From Octopus sinensis (Eukaryota): 64,000 bases of DNA. The stretch lies in NCBI RefSeq assembly GCF_006345805.1, contig NC_042997.1:166532001-166596000 (forward strand), written 5' to 3'. How positions within the stretch are numbered: position 1 is the stretch's first letter; each line of letters begins with the position of its first letter. Under the pieces are notes generated by a model. The model ran no database searches. It saw nothing but the letters and a program-made list of their open reading frames with translations, and was not told the DNA's origin. The position numbers and the translations under genes were made by a program. Positions 24,873 to 37,226 of this stretch are shown here, piece after piece.

Positions 24873-25797
24873 ATACCCATATATGTTTTCCAGCGACATT
24901 GGATGCAAAATCCTCCGCTTTTCCGGGACCTTCACCGTGATTGGATCTTCAATGATTTTGTTGGAAGTGGCTGTTGATCGCTATTGGAAAGTATGCAAAC
25001 CACACGACAAAATGTCTGTTTTGAGTATAAAGATAATGTGTGGAATCGCAGCCATAGTCGGCTTACTCATTGCTGTGCCTTCCATTTTCTACAGCGGTGT
25101 AAAACCCCGTAAGTTCGCCCCGAATTTAATCTCTCAGGACTGTACAGTTACAAACCCCAAGCTTGCTCTGATCTTCTTTTACCTTCTCTGTGTCATTTTC
25201 TTCCTCATTTGTATCATTCTCGCAGTTCTTTATACGCTCCTCTACCTAGAGGTCCGACAACGAAGACGAAAGATGACCTCTCGTCAGGCTAGTACTGAGA
25301 CAGAACAGATTAGTATCAACGAAAAGGAAAAACAACCAGAATTCCCGAAAACATCCTCTCTGAGAAAATCCATGAAAGAATCGAATCCGAAAAGTCCCAT
25401 GAGTCCCAAAAGTCCCATGAGTCTAACCAGAGCTAGATTTGCCAGCAGCTTGCGTAAAAAAGTTAGCCGAACAACTCTAATACTGTTCATTGTGACATTA
25501 TTTTTCGTCATCAGTTACCTTCCGTCGTTATTGGTAATGATCATCAAGTACTCAACGTATAGGAGCCGTCGAGGTCGTAAGGAGAGTGTTACTATCAAGG
25601 TGATTGAAAAACTCTTTTCAAAGTTCTTCCTCATCAACAATGCATGCAACCCGATCATTTACAGTTTCTTGAACCCATATTTCAGAAAGGAATGCGTGCG
25701 CGTGTTTCATAAATTCAGTTGTGGCTTTTCTGCACGCTGTTGCCGCTGTTGTCGTGTTGAACCTGGACATCCTGATACTCTATCTGCAAGTACCTAA
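24873..25797 (+). CDS. Class A GPCR, coding exon 2 (TM3-TM7, helix 8, C-tail); spliced product 400 aa, ligand unknown, peptide-receptor-like
   Basis: Acceptor cttcctttgcag|A completes the AG+A Arg codon in frame; C3.25, AVDRY, ECL2 Cys (QDC), TM6 SYLP, NPIIY, FRKE; 278+925=1203 nt, no internal stops. Confidence 0.95.
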
Positions 25798-25802
25798 CTT
25801 TG

Positions 25803-25805
<3 letters not shown>

Positions 25806-25841
<36 letters not shown>

Positions 25842-26152
25842 TATATATATAATAATATATATATATATAATATATATATATTATATATATATATATATAT
25901 ATATGCGTGCGTGTGTGTGTCTGTGTCTGTTATCAATACAACATAGATTTACTGACGAGAGGACTCAATATTGGTCATAGGGTCAAATTGTATGTATAGG
26001 GCCTAAGTTTCAGTTCATGCGATTTATTCAACCAGAACACACACACGCACATATGTATATATATATGTATGTGAGTGTGTATGAATAATATATATGTGCG
26101 TGTGTGTGTATGTGTATATATGTGTATCTCTATCTATCTGACTCTCTCTCTC

Positions 26153-26229
<77 letters not shown>

Positions 26230-26345
26230 ATCTATATATATATATATACTATACATATACATATATATATATATATATAATATATATATATATCTATATA
26301 TATATATATATATTATATATATATACATACGTACATATATACACG
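25806..26345. repeat. (TA)n-rich arrays starting 9 nt after the GPCR stop codon
   Basis: Direct reading. Confidence 0.9.
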
Positions 26346-26914
26346 TACATGCATACATCTACATATCCCTCCTTATCAATGTACATAGCCCTTATTTTTT
26401 AAAATATTATTTCCGCCTTTCATTAACACTCTTATGGTCATTACAAGTCGAACTTTAAACTTGGTAGTTAGAACAGTCAAGTACTGCTAACTATAGACGG
26501 TCTTGCTCAGTGTGTCTCAGGGCCATCTTCATTTTCTTCATTTTTGAAATCCTACTCAGCAAAATGTCCAAGTACTTCATGAAGTTTTCACAATGATTTT
26601 ACGAGAACTATGTATGTTTCAAGAGGTAACTTTTAATTTTTTTTGATAACTAAGAGAAGGAAAGGTGTATTCATATCACTTTTACGGGCTTCCGAGACAG
26701 ACGTGCTGGAAAAGTTATTCTTACACTGGAGATATGACTTGAATATTTGCAACATAACGGCCTTCGCTAAAACGTACGCAAGGGCCACGTAGTGGTGTTA
26801 AATCGGACGAATGAGTAAGTCTATTGCTTAAGAATCTGATGTTCACTGAATCTTATACTGAATCTTTTGTTTAATATTTTGTTTAATTCCTCGACTGAGT
26901 CATCTATGATTTAC

Positions 26915-27445
26915 AGTAGTGATACCAAACCTTTTTGCACCGCCGACCGAGGGAACACACGCATAACAGAACATAACAAAGTGCACCATATATAATTTAA
27001 TTATATATATATATATAACACATATATTACATATGTAATGCGACAACATTTTCTAAGCAAACTTTGGAAGTTTTGAATGTGTTTGGTATTTTACAGACAA
27101 GAAAGAAAATTTCGAGCACAGTATAATGTGAAAACAACAGAAAGATTAGGTATTTTTTCGTTTTAAAACGGTAAAATAACTAATCTTTCTGCTGTTTTGG
27201 CAGCTATACTATGTTCGAAATTTACTTTTTTGCCTGTAAAATGCATATGTAATATTTGTATAATACAAAAACACCCTGCAAACTGCGATAATCAGTAGTA
27301 GTAGGCATCCATTGGTCTCGAGAGGCCATGGATCAGAGGTGATAGTCAGCAAAATAGAAATAAAACTAAAAATTTATTCTTTGTGTGGTCCAGTGCCAAA
27401 TGATCTACAGCCTGGCATTGATTTGCGACCCGGCCTTGAATTACA
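26915..27445. mobile_element. Possible degenerate hAT/Charlie-like MITE
   Basis: Left end agtgataccaaacctttttg resembles Charlie TIRs; right end strongly decayed. Confidence 0.3.
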
Positions 27446-27819
27446 TAATATAAACCATATTTTTGCGTCTATGTGTGAACTATGTTCGTATATTTTCTTA
27501 TCTTCAGTACACACATATAGTACACACACATACGTACACACATATAGTTGCACGCGCACAATCACACTCACATACACACAACTACAATCGCATAAATCAC
27601 ATGCAAATGTATACTTGCATAAACACGCTTGCACGCGCACAGTGCTACACACACATAATATAACAGAATTTCGAACGATCTTATATTGCAATGGATTTGC
27701 AGCCTAGCTGATAAGAGTGTTAAAGTTCTCAGAAAGTCAGAAATGCCATTCACAACAAGGAAGCACAAGGAGACGGCAACCATCTGTAAAGATGGAACAG
27801 TTACTATGTACCTTCGTAC

Positions 27820-27850
<31 letters not shown>

Positions 27851-27907
27851 TGTATGTATGTATGTATGTATGTATGTATGTATGTATGTATGTATGTATG
27901 TATGTAT

Positions 27908-28375
27908 GCCACTTTTGAGAAATCTCGAGATGCACATGAGAAAGTAAGGAGGGATGTCAGGAAGGGCATCGCTGTTACACTTCCAGATGGGAAGGGTCTG
28001 CCTATGATGCTGACATGCAGTGTCTGTGCAAGACCCTGCCTCAGTAAAACTCGACTCAAGAGTCATTTTCGTAGTAATAAAGCGAGACAGATGAGTGACA
28101 ACATGGCCACTGGTAGTGGTGTGACACACCATACTAATCATATCTGTCGGGCATGTGGAAGAGAGTGTAATTCGGCAGGAGGACTTAAACGACATGCAAA
28201 GGTACATGAAGTTCAGTTACAACTACAGCCGGCTATTACCGGTAAAGGTTTTAGTTGCCAATTCTGTACAAGACATTGTAGATCTTTAGCTGGGCTAAAA
28301 AGTCACATTCGATCACAGCACCAGTAACAGTTAAGCTTCGTGCAATGGCCATACTCGATAACGAGGGGGCAGCCA
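27908..28375 (+). mobile_element. 3' end of an RTE-type LINE: three C2H2-like fingers, short 3' UTR, (ATGT)n tail
   Basis: FEKSR..RKG then CSVC..LKSH, CRAC..GLKRHAKVH, CQFC..GLKSHIR (RTE-like C-terminal finger); flanked by (TATG)n at 27826-27907 and 28381-28483. Confidence 0.7.
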
Positions 28376-29388
28376 TAATAATGTATGTATGTATGTATGT
28401 ATGTATGTATGTATGTATGTATGTATGTATGTATGTATGTATGTATGTATGTATGTATGTATGTATGTATGCATGCATGTATGTAGAACTAAGGATTCTG
28501 AAACCGAAGTAATTTATTCATATACAATTAGACAGAGCAAAATGAACAAGATAAGATAAAATAAAATGAATTAAACTGTTTAATTAGTACAGAAAATAAA
28601 TCATTCCGGTAATACTTCATCATTAGAATATAAATACTCTGAAAATGTTCATATCCTTTTTTGAGTCATGGTTAGTTGCCGCTAGATTAAAGCCTTTGGC
28701 AAGTTGCAGTGTTATATTGCACAGAATCTTCAAAACGTATCTACACTTCCCAATTAGATGAATGAAGCTTAAGAAAAACAAAAAGATCATCATATGCAAC
28801 CAAAATATGACGCAAGTTAAATATCAGTATACTTTTTAAGCTTCACACAGGCACATACACACATGCATATAAACTCGAAAATGATCATACTTATAATATT
28901 ATTTACGCATTTAAGATTGATAATAAAATCTGCGAACTTCAGCTATGAATAATCTTTCATTCTTAAACATAACTCCCGCCTACCAAACGACTATATACAA
29001 AACAGATATATAAAAAAAAATCATATATATACACAGCACACATATTTATGCATACACAAAGAGGCATAAACATACTTATAGGCACATATATACACATAAA
29101 CACATTTGCCATGACAAACAGTATTCAGTTTCCATCAGTTTCTGCGAACCGGTAGTTAATATATATATTTTTAGTGATAACCAGTTAACGTTATGCTGGA
29201 TCCTAAAAGATAATTAATCTTCTTGGAAATGTTATAACGTTAATCAGGTCACAAGAGTTAAATGAAGTCTGCTTGGGAAATTCAGTTGGTTCTGTAATGT
29301 TTAAAAGTGAAAGTCAATTACTGTATATGCAGTAATAAAGAACAAAATGCCTGCTCTTAACCCGTCAAGTAAGTAAACATAGATACAT

Positions 29389-29816
29389 GGTGGCTGTCAA
29401 CTCGTTCATGTGTTTAACCATCAGCGACAGACAATGGCTGTCAGTAATTCCAATGCTGAAATTTAAAGTTAATATCAGCTTGTACAACACCGCTAAGACT
29501 TTCATCTACAAAGCCAAGTCGTTCAGAAACAAGCAAGAGCAAGATCTCTGGTTTCATAATAAGGCTGGTGTTATTTCGGTATATCCTTCTGCAAGAGAGA
29601 TGTCTAGACAAATACTAAGGAGCTCTCATCCCGGCTGTTAAATGAGCGTTAACTCTACTGAGTTCATCCACCCTTTGATAGGTTTTGTTTTTCGTCCTTC
29701 TGGGTGTCCAGAGAAAACTACCTTCCTAAGCAAGTAGGTTGTTAGCGTTGCTGGGTTAGTCGCCAACGGCCCGACCGAGCATCAGGGTGTGCTGGGTTAG
29801 CACGGTGACCTGATAT
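29389..29816 (-). mobile_element. Short RTE-derived non-autonomous retroposon (head + tail only)
   Basis: 5' part homologous to 42640-42822; 3' end cagccaccATGT like the RTE tail; TATG-type repeats at both ends. Confidence 0.65.
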
Positions 29817-30234
29817 AAAATACATACATACATAATATGCATGTATACATACATACATACATGAATACACGCACAAGCATAACCGCCTAGTTGTGCCGGT
29901 TGAAACAACCTTACTCAGAGTTTCATGCAACGATGTACATCCGTATAACCGGCGGATAGTATAATATTTGTTTAATCAAAAGTAGAAAGAGTTGATAGAA
30001 CTAATACTATACTATCCGTGATATGAAATTCTGAGTTACAAAGTTTTAATCTATATTATCATATACTATCAATATATATAGTCTACAGATTATGAGTGTT
30101 GATGTTGAATACTCTTTTTGATTCGTGTAAATTCATTAAGCAAACATATGCGCTCTCTCTCTCTCTCACAAAGATATTTGTATTTTTGCATATACATGTC
30201 TGAATTATAAAGTGTGTGTGTGTGTGTGTGTGTA

Positions 30235-30453
30235 CGAGGGGGTGCTGAAAAGTTCCTGGTTTTGAGTAAAAGAAAATACAGGAGGATCAGTCAATTATGT
30301 TTTTATTCAACATATTCCCGTCTTAGATTTACGCACTTATTGCAACGGTCCTTCAATTGTTTTCTAAGCCCTGTAAAAGAACTCGGAAAGTTGGACCTCC
30401 GACCAGGTATTTCGCGATACCCTTTAAAGACAGGAACTTTTCCGCACCTCCTC

Positions 30454-30454
<1 letters not shown>
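30235..30454. mobile_element. Mariner-type MITE inserted in (TG)n
   Basis: TIRs CGAGGGGGTGCTGAAAAGTTCCTG / CAGGAACTTTTCCGCACCTCCTCG. Confidence 0.85.
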
Positions 30455-30489
<35 letters not shown>

Positions 30490-30493
30490 ATGC

Positions 30494-30568
<75 letters not shown>

Positions 30569-31087
30569 AGTGTGTGTGAGTGTGTTTGCGTCTATCTATA
30601 TCATATGTAAAATACTTATATGCATTTATGTGTACAGCTGTTATGTATTATAAATATATCGAACCACAACCACGGATGAACGTCTTTATATATACACTCA
30701 TCACAACCGTATGTAAATAAACTCTATTAAGCACTGTAATAAACTACACATTATATTAAACCCTTTTCAGTTGTTTTGAATAATTTATTTTTGCTGTTGT
30801 TTAATTCACTTTGGTTCCGATCATATAGATCTGTGATCATAGGCGTTTAACCTATGGCACTAGAGATATATTAATTAGCCAATGTATACTTCATTTATTT
30901 AAAAAAAAAGAGTTGGTCGCGATTTGAGGAGAGTTCGTGGCTATTTCTTTCATGTGAAACACCCACATAAGGGATCTCTCATGAACTTGAATCAAATGAA
31001 GGTGGGTATGATGTTTTATGGTGAGTCGATGTCTGTTGTTTGTCGTATTAGTATCGATGGTGATTGGTGGAGCTGTTTATTGTCAGT

Positions 31088-31751
31088 ATTATTTAAATCC
31101 AAAGCGGCGAACTGGCAAAATTGTTAGCACGCCGGACAAAATGCTTTGCGGCATTTCGTCCGTCTTTACGTTCTGAGTAAAAATTTCTGCCGAGGCCGAC
31201 CTTACCTTTCATCTTTCGGAGTCGATAAAATAAGTACCAATTGAGCACTGAAATCGATATAATCGACTTACCCCCTTCCCCGAAATTGCTGGCCTTGTGC
31301 CAAAGATTGAAACCATTATTTAAACCCATCTAAGGCGGATGTATCGTCAAAACGTCGATCAAAATCTTTAACGACATTTCTTCCGGCATTTTGCGTACTG
31401 AGTTCCAATTCCGCCGTGGTCAACTTTTCCTTTCATCCTTTCGAGTCGATGAAATGAAATTCAAGTTAAGTACTAGGATCCAACTAGCTGTCTCCCATCG
31501 AAATTGCTGGCTTTAGGTCTAAATTAGAAACCATTATTTGAATCCATTTAAGGAGTGGCAGGATCGTTAAAGCATTGGAGAAAATATCTTTGCGGTGTTG
31601 GTTCCGGTTCTTTACAATCCTAGTTCAAATCACGTTGAGATTAATTTTGTCTTTCATTCTTTCGGGGTAGATAAAATAAAGTATCAGTCAAATATTGGGG
31701 ATCGACTGTATAGATTTAGCTCCTCTTCTCAAAATTCCTTTATTTAGATCC
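31088..31751 (+). repeat. Three head-to-tail family-A SINE units (~220 bp each)
   Basis: Spacer attattt(a/g)aa(c/t)cc at 31088, 31315, 31533 and ~31740; each unit has the cctttcatc..gtcgat core. Confidence 0.75.
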
Positions 31752-33280
31752 ATTTTAGTCATGTTCTAGCTTACCAAGGATCAAAAGCTTTCGAGCTGTT
31801 ACCGAGTCATCTTCTTTCCAGGTATATTGTATCCAGAAATACATCCAAAGCATCATTTTTTAAGATGGCGTGGTGTTATTTGAAGGCGACAGTCACACGA
31901 AAACTCCCTCGTGGACTTTTGTGGACTTTTGTAGTTGCTTAACCCCAGGAAATTTCTGATATCTCGAGATATTCCAGTCATGACTATCTCGTAGATTTGT
32001 ATATCAAGGGTTACATTGATAACTATTTTTATATCTTTCGATACATTGGATATACAGATTTCATGAAGACAATTGTGTCTTCACACGACGTACTTCACAT
32101 TACTCCACTAAACAAGATACTCCAATAAATACAAACTCTCAACGGTCTCAAAGATTTTCTACAACTTCCACGAAATTTCAACGACTCCTACGACTTCTCT
32201 CTCTCTCAACCCCTATACGCTACTTTTTATAAGAGATCGGCTAGTCCATTCTTCCAATCCCACAATGACCTCGCCACAACAGCTATATTATTCTTTAGGC
32301 TGTTGGGTATAATTAGTGGGATATTTGAGATTTGACTGCTATTTCTAGCAAGTGGGAAAACCACTTAGAAAACTCTCGTTGGATTTTGATAATCGTTTGA
32401 AGGTGGTTGTATTCGGTTGTTTTGGTGTTTGGCAATGATATTTGAAAATGTTCGATTCTTTTGTTTGGGTTTTGGGGTTTATTAATAATGGCAGTTGAAG
32501 TTAAGTTATTACGAGCATGAAAATCATGCGAAGATCAAAACGAAGATGTACATATTTATTCTTAACACGTTCCAACAGATGTGAATGTGCATATACTAAT
32601 CGCTGTTGTATTTCGCCTTCAAAGAAAAACTTCCTTCAAACGATTTGTCCTGACAACACGCTCAGTTCACTGACGCTGGTAGACTTTTGAAACAGTGGTG
32701 TTTTGGTCTCATTGTGTCTCTTCAATCAAAGCTATCTCTGAATTCCTACAAGAATGGTAGCTTTTGTTTATAGAAGTCAACAAATAAATTATTTACTGAG
32801 GCATGCTGATGTCTTGTCAAGTCGATATTGAATTCTAATGAGAACGTAAAACAACGAGAAAGAAACCAATGATATGCATGAGTAAAAGTAGTTTTCATGG
32901 TCGTGGTTTTTGTTTAATCGCCAGGTCAATCAAGCCTTTAAGAAAGGAAAAAGACATATTAAACAATTAGATTATGTAATCCTGAAAAGACCCTACCAAA
33001 TCATATGTCGATCCTGACAAAATTTGAAACAAATATTAGCTACAGTGAAACGCTGTATGAAGAAGTATTAGAATATGACAATATCATAGAATTGTTAAGA
33101 GTAATTGATATTTTCATCATAAAATATTACAATAAATGTAATTTAATCTTAATAGTAAAGTCTGATTATACGCGACAGTAAGGACATTCCCATTGACCGA
33201 AAGTGAAAAAAGATATGTAAGATTGAAAATTTTGAAATCTAAATTAAATTGGTTAATTCGCTATCCTGTTGGTATACATA

Positions 33281-34234
33281 CAAGGTGTATTCCAGAAGTT
33301 TTGACACTTTTTTAGGAGAGACATTTATTAATTTCTATGAAATACAAAACTCTTATCTTCTTCAAAATAGGATCATCTGACTTCAATGCACTTGTTGCAG
33401 CGTTCCAGCCACTATGTGAAGGCCTCCATGGAAATTCTCCAACGTGAAGGTGTCCAGGACCCTTTTCGCAGCTTCCTCCATCTTCTTCGGTTTGGGGGAT
33501 AGTCAAAAGTCAGAGGTAACAAGGTCTGAACTGTAGGGAGGGTGAGAGATAGTTTTGATGCCCATCTTTGCTAAATAGTTGATTACCATAATGAAATTGT
33601 GGACTGGTACATTGTTCTAGAGTGGATGTTCTGACCTTTTGCGATGAAATCTTCCTGAACCCTCTCAAAACCTCCACAAAGTACCCTCACTGACCGTCTG
33701 GCTAGAGGGAACCCAGTGGATGTAGGTGATGCCTTTGCAGTCGAAAAGGGGATCATCATGAGTTTACCGGTGGACTTGCTTTGCCTGGCCTCTTGTGCCA
33801 GCGAAAAATAGGTGTTCGGCTAGCGAAAAATAGGTGTTCGGCCAGCGAAAAATAGGTATTTGGCGAGCAAAAAATAGATGTTTGGCGAGCAAAAAATAGG
33901 AGTTCGGCTGATACAAGTTAACCCATAAGCTGTCCGGAGCATTTCATAAGTTTCCGTAACGTTTTTGTCCAGTTTAACACAAAACTTTATTGCATGGAGA
34001 GCTTCCAAATTGTCTTCACGGCCCGACCGTATTCTGCAAACTAGTCAGTTGTGACAAGCAATGTTTTGTAGGATGTGTTCAAAGTGCTGTTACACCCGTC
34101 TCCTTCAATCTGGAATAAAAAGTTAGTAGGTCAGCTTCTTAGGTGTATAGTAATGATATACTAAAATTACAATAATCTAAGACAGTTATAACTGCCTCTC
34201 CGAAAAAGTCTTAAAACTTCTGGAATGCACCTTG
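33281..34234 (-). mobile_element. Internally deleted mariner element with both TIRs
   Basis: TA|CAAGGTGTATTCCAGAAGTTTT ... AAAACTTCTGGAATGCACCTTG|TA; AIKFCVKLDK..ETYEMLRTAYG N-terminus; HPPYSSDLVTSDF and WLERCNKCIE C-terminus. Confidence 0.92.
33797..33906. repeat. 22-bp minisatellite x5 inside the mariner
   Basis: Units gccagcgaaaaataggtgttcg at 33797, 33819, 33841, 33863 and 33885. Confidence 0.92.
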
Positions 34235-34394
34235 TAAATACATACATACATACATACATACATACATACATACATACATACATACATACATACATACATA
34301 CATACAAACATACATACATACATACATACATACATACGTACGTACATACATACATACATACATACATACAGACAGACAGACAGACAGACAGACT

Positions 34395-34742
34395 GAGAGA
34401 AAACGTGTATGGCCCATTGATAAGGAGTTTGCAAACCCAATGTCCAAGATGCACTTTTAGTTTCATACCTATTATTATTATTGGAGCCACAAGATACATA
34501 CAAAGCCGCCTGGAGCAAAGTGTGGCTGAACTTGGGTTCTTGAGGGAGAGAATGCAACTTCTCATTCATACGCTGCAGCTGATCACGATATCTAGAATCA
34601 AACAAAAGTCTTCACCGTCTGCTCAGCGTTGAAAGAATGATGAACAAAGTAAGATCCTTTCCTTTACAACCTTGCTACCAAGCAGGTAGCCGATAAAAAT
34701 TAACTTTAAATTAAAGAGAGAAAAAGAAAACAGCATGCATTC
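34395..34742 (+). mobile_element. 3' fragment of an R4/Dong-like RLE LINE between (CATA)n arrays
   Basis: YGPLIRSLQTQCP..FIPIIIIGATRYI..LGF..LQ resembles an RLE-LINE C-terminus; flanked by (CATA)n 34237-34392 and 34746-34884. Confidence 0.6.
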
Positions 34743-36714
34743 AAACATACATACATACATACATACATACATACATACATACATACATACATACATACAT
34801 ACATACATACATGCATACATACATACATGCATGCATGCATACATACATACATACATACATACATACATACATACATACATACATAATATATCTAAGGAGA
34901 ACGTAAGGAGAGCTAATAATGAAAATTACAGCTTTTACATCTAGGTTATAGATTTTCATTTGTATCTATTACGGCAGGTGGACTAGGCTATACAACACAT
35001 TTGCATAAGAGCCTAAAAATGCTGGGATGTAGTGGGTGGGAGCTGCAAAAAAGAACAGCCAAAATGAAACCAAGTTAGTGGTACTGAAAATGTTTAAAAA
35101 CTTCAAATACATTAGATGATATATGTAAATTTGAAAATGATTTGCATAGTACTTTGTCAACAAAGGGGCCTATAAGTGAAAACCGAAGAGGCCGTTTCTA
35201 ACAAGCCATAAAACCATGGCAAAAGCTGCCGTGGATAGGGAGATACATATAAGATGGCAGAGTATTGTTGGGAGCTTATAAGAAAAAAAAAATTCAGATG
35301 TGATCATGCTAAACAATAAGAGAAAGCTGCTTCCTAAACAGTACAGTTGGTTAAATAACCTTGCTTTTATGCCTATTTATATCTTCAAAGTTGAATCAAC
35401 ATGAGACGGATGGAATTTCTTGGCTGAATGATGTGTTTCTTTGCACGAGATATATTTCTATCTACGATTACGTGTGTAATTTCGGTGGTATTTGATATAT
35501 TTTTGCCTTTTATTTATTTATTTATTTTGGTAACCGAAAAGTGAAAAGGCAACTGCATATATGTAATTACTTAAATTTTCAGTTTTTACAAAATATACTC
35601 ATTTTCAGTCGTTTGATCGCTGCCATGCTGGAGCAACATCTTGCAAGGTCGATAAAATAAGTACAAAAGTCAATTCCCCACAGATATAACAGAATCTGTT
35701 TGGATCATTTTTGCACTGTCTTGCACTCATTGTTGAAAACAAATAAGATCTGAAAGATAAAAAATAACATTAAACACAAGCTTTGAATCACATTGTAGGT
35801 ATTACTAAGATTGGTCTCTAGCCTTGGGTTGAAACCCATTTTACAATGCGGTAGAGAATTTTATTTAATAATAATGACAAAAAGGGTATACAGTGACAGT
35901 TCTGTAGAAACCATGCCTAATTCAACAAAAAGAAGGCCAAAAATGGATTTCCCATGTCGTTTTGCATATCAAAACGGCCACGGATCTCTTGTACTTTTTG
36001 AGTGTTGCACAGTGATATCACTATTTTTTTCCAAATTGTTTTATATTCTTCAGAAAAGTACCGAAGGAAAGTTAATCTCTTATGTTATTTTTCAACAACC
36101 ACGCCACACACATATGCTTGTACACACATACACACATACACACACACACGCACGCACACACACACACACACACACACATCACACACATGTACGTATGCAC
36201 AAACACTGACAAACAAGTAATCTCTCCCTCCCGCGCTCTCTCCCTCTCTTACACACGTACAGACGGGTCAACAAATTCTTGGACACACATCTGCTCTCTC
36301 TCTCGCGCGCACAAGCATGTATACATGCACACATACATACGCACACACATACATACACACGCATGCACGCACACAGTCAAACTCTCTCCGTCTCACACAC
36401 ACACACACACACACATTTAAGATCACGCACACGCACACTGTTAATGATAATAGTGAGACAAACTGGTGGAAGCGAGATAGGATATTTTTTAAAGTTGTTG
36501 TTTCAATAACAATGACACCAATAAAAGCAGCAACAACAGCAAAAACAACAACAACGACGACGACCGGAAGCACATTCGAATGGCCTCTTAACTTCATATT
36601 CAAACTAGGATGAGCAAACTATGTGTTATGAAGAATAACAATATTATTGAACTCCCCCATTTTTCTTCTTCTCCATATCAGTCTGTTTTAATGCGTAAAC
36701 AGAATGAATAATTA

Positions 36715-36920
36715 GTAATGGTGTCAAATTTTGGTACGAAGCCAGCAATTTGAGGGGAATGGTAAGTCGATCGCATCGGCCCCAATGCTCAACTTGTACT
36801 CATTTTATCAATCCCAAAAAGATGAAAAGTAAAGTCGACCTCGGCGCAGTTTGAATTCAGAACATAAATACAGATGAAATACCGCTATGCATTTTGCTTG
36901 GCCTGCTAACGATTCTGCCT
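36715..36920 (-). mobile_element. Family-A SINE
   Basis: Reverse complement of the family-A sequence. Confidence 0.75.
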
Positions 36921-36958
36921 GAGAATGAATAATTAATAAATAATAACTGTATCTAATT

Positions 36959-37226
36959 ACAGAGATGTACTTGCATAGCAAGTGATTTGATCTGAGATCG
37001 TGTGCTGAAACGAAAATAATTGCAGCGTGGAAGGTGTTTGTAAGCCATTTAAGAAACACACAAAAGCCGTTCGATTCACTTCGATGCAGCACGGATTTTT
37101 GTCAGTGAACAGGTCGCGGTCTTAAAGCGATGAAAATATTTTGACAAATTAAACTTAAATGTTGAAGTGAATTGAACGGCTTTTGTGTGTTTCTTAAATG
37201 GCTTACAAACACCTTCCACGCTGCAA
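36959..37226. mobile_element. Element with ~63-bp inverted repeats, flanked by a 14-bp direct repeat
   Basis: Arms 37020-37082 and 37164-37226; aactgtatctaatt at 36945-36958 and 37225-37238. Confidence 0.75.

Noticed and set aside
27908-28327. Host C2H2 zinc-finger gene
   Set aside because: No TGEKP linkers; RTE-like finger signature; the 3' end is shared with a retroposon and has an (ATGT)n tail.
33797-33906. CRISPR-like array
   Set aside because: Contiguous units without spacers in eukaryotic DNA; it is a minisatellite.
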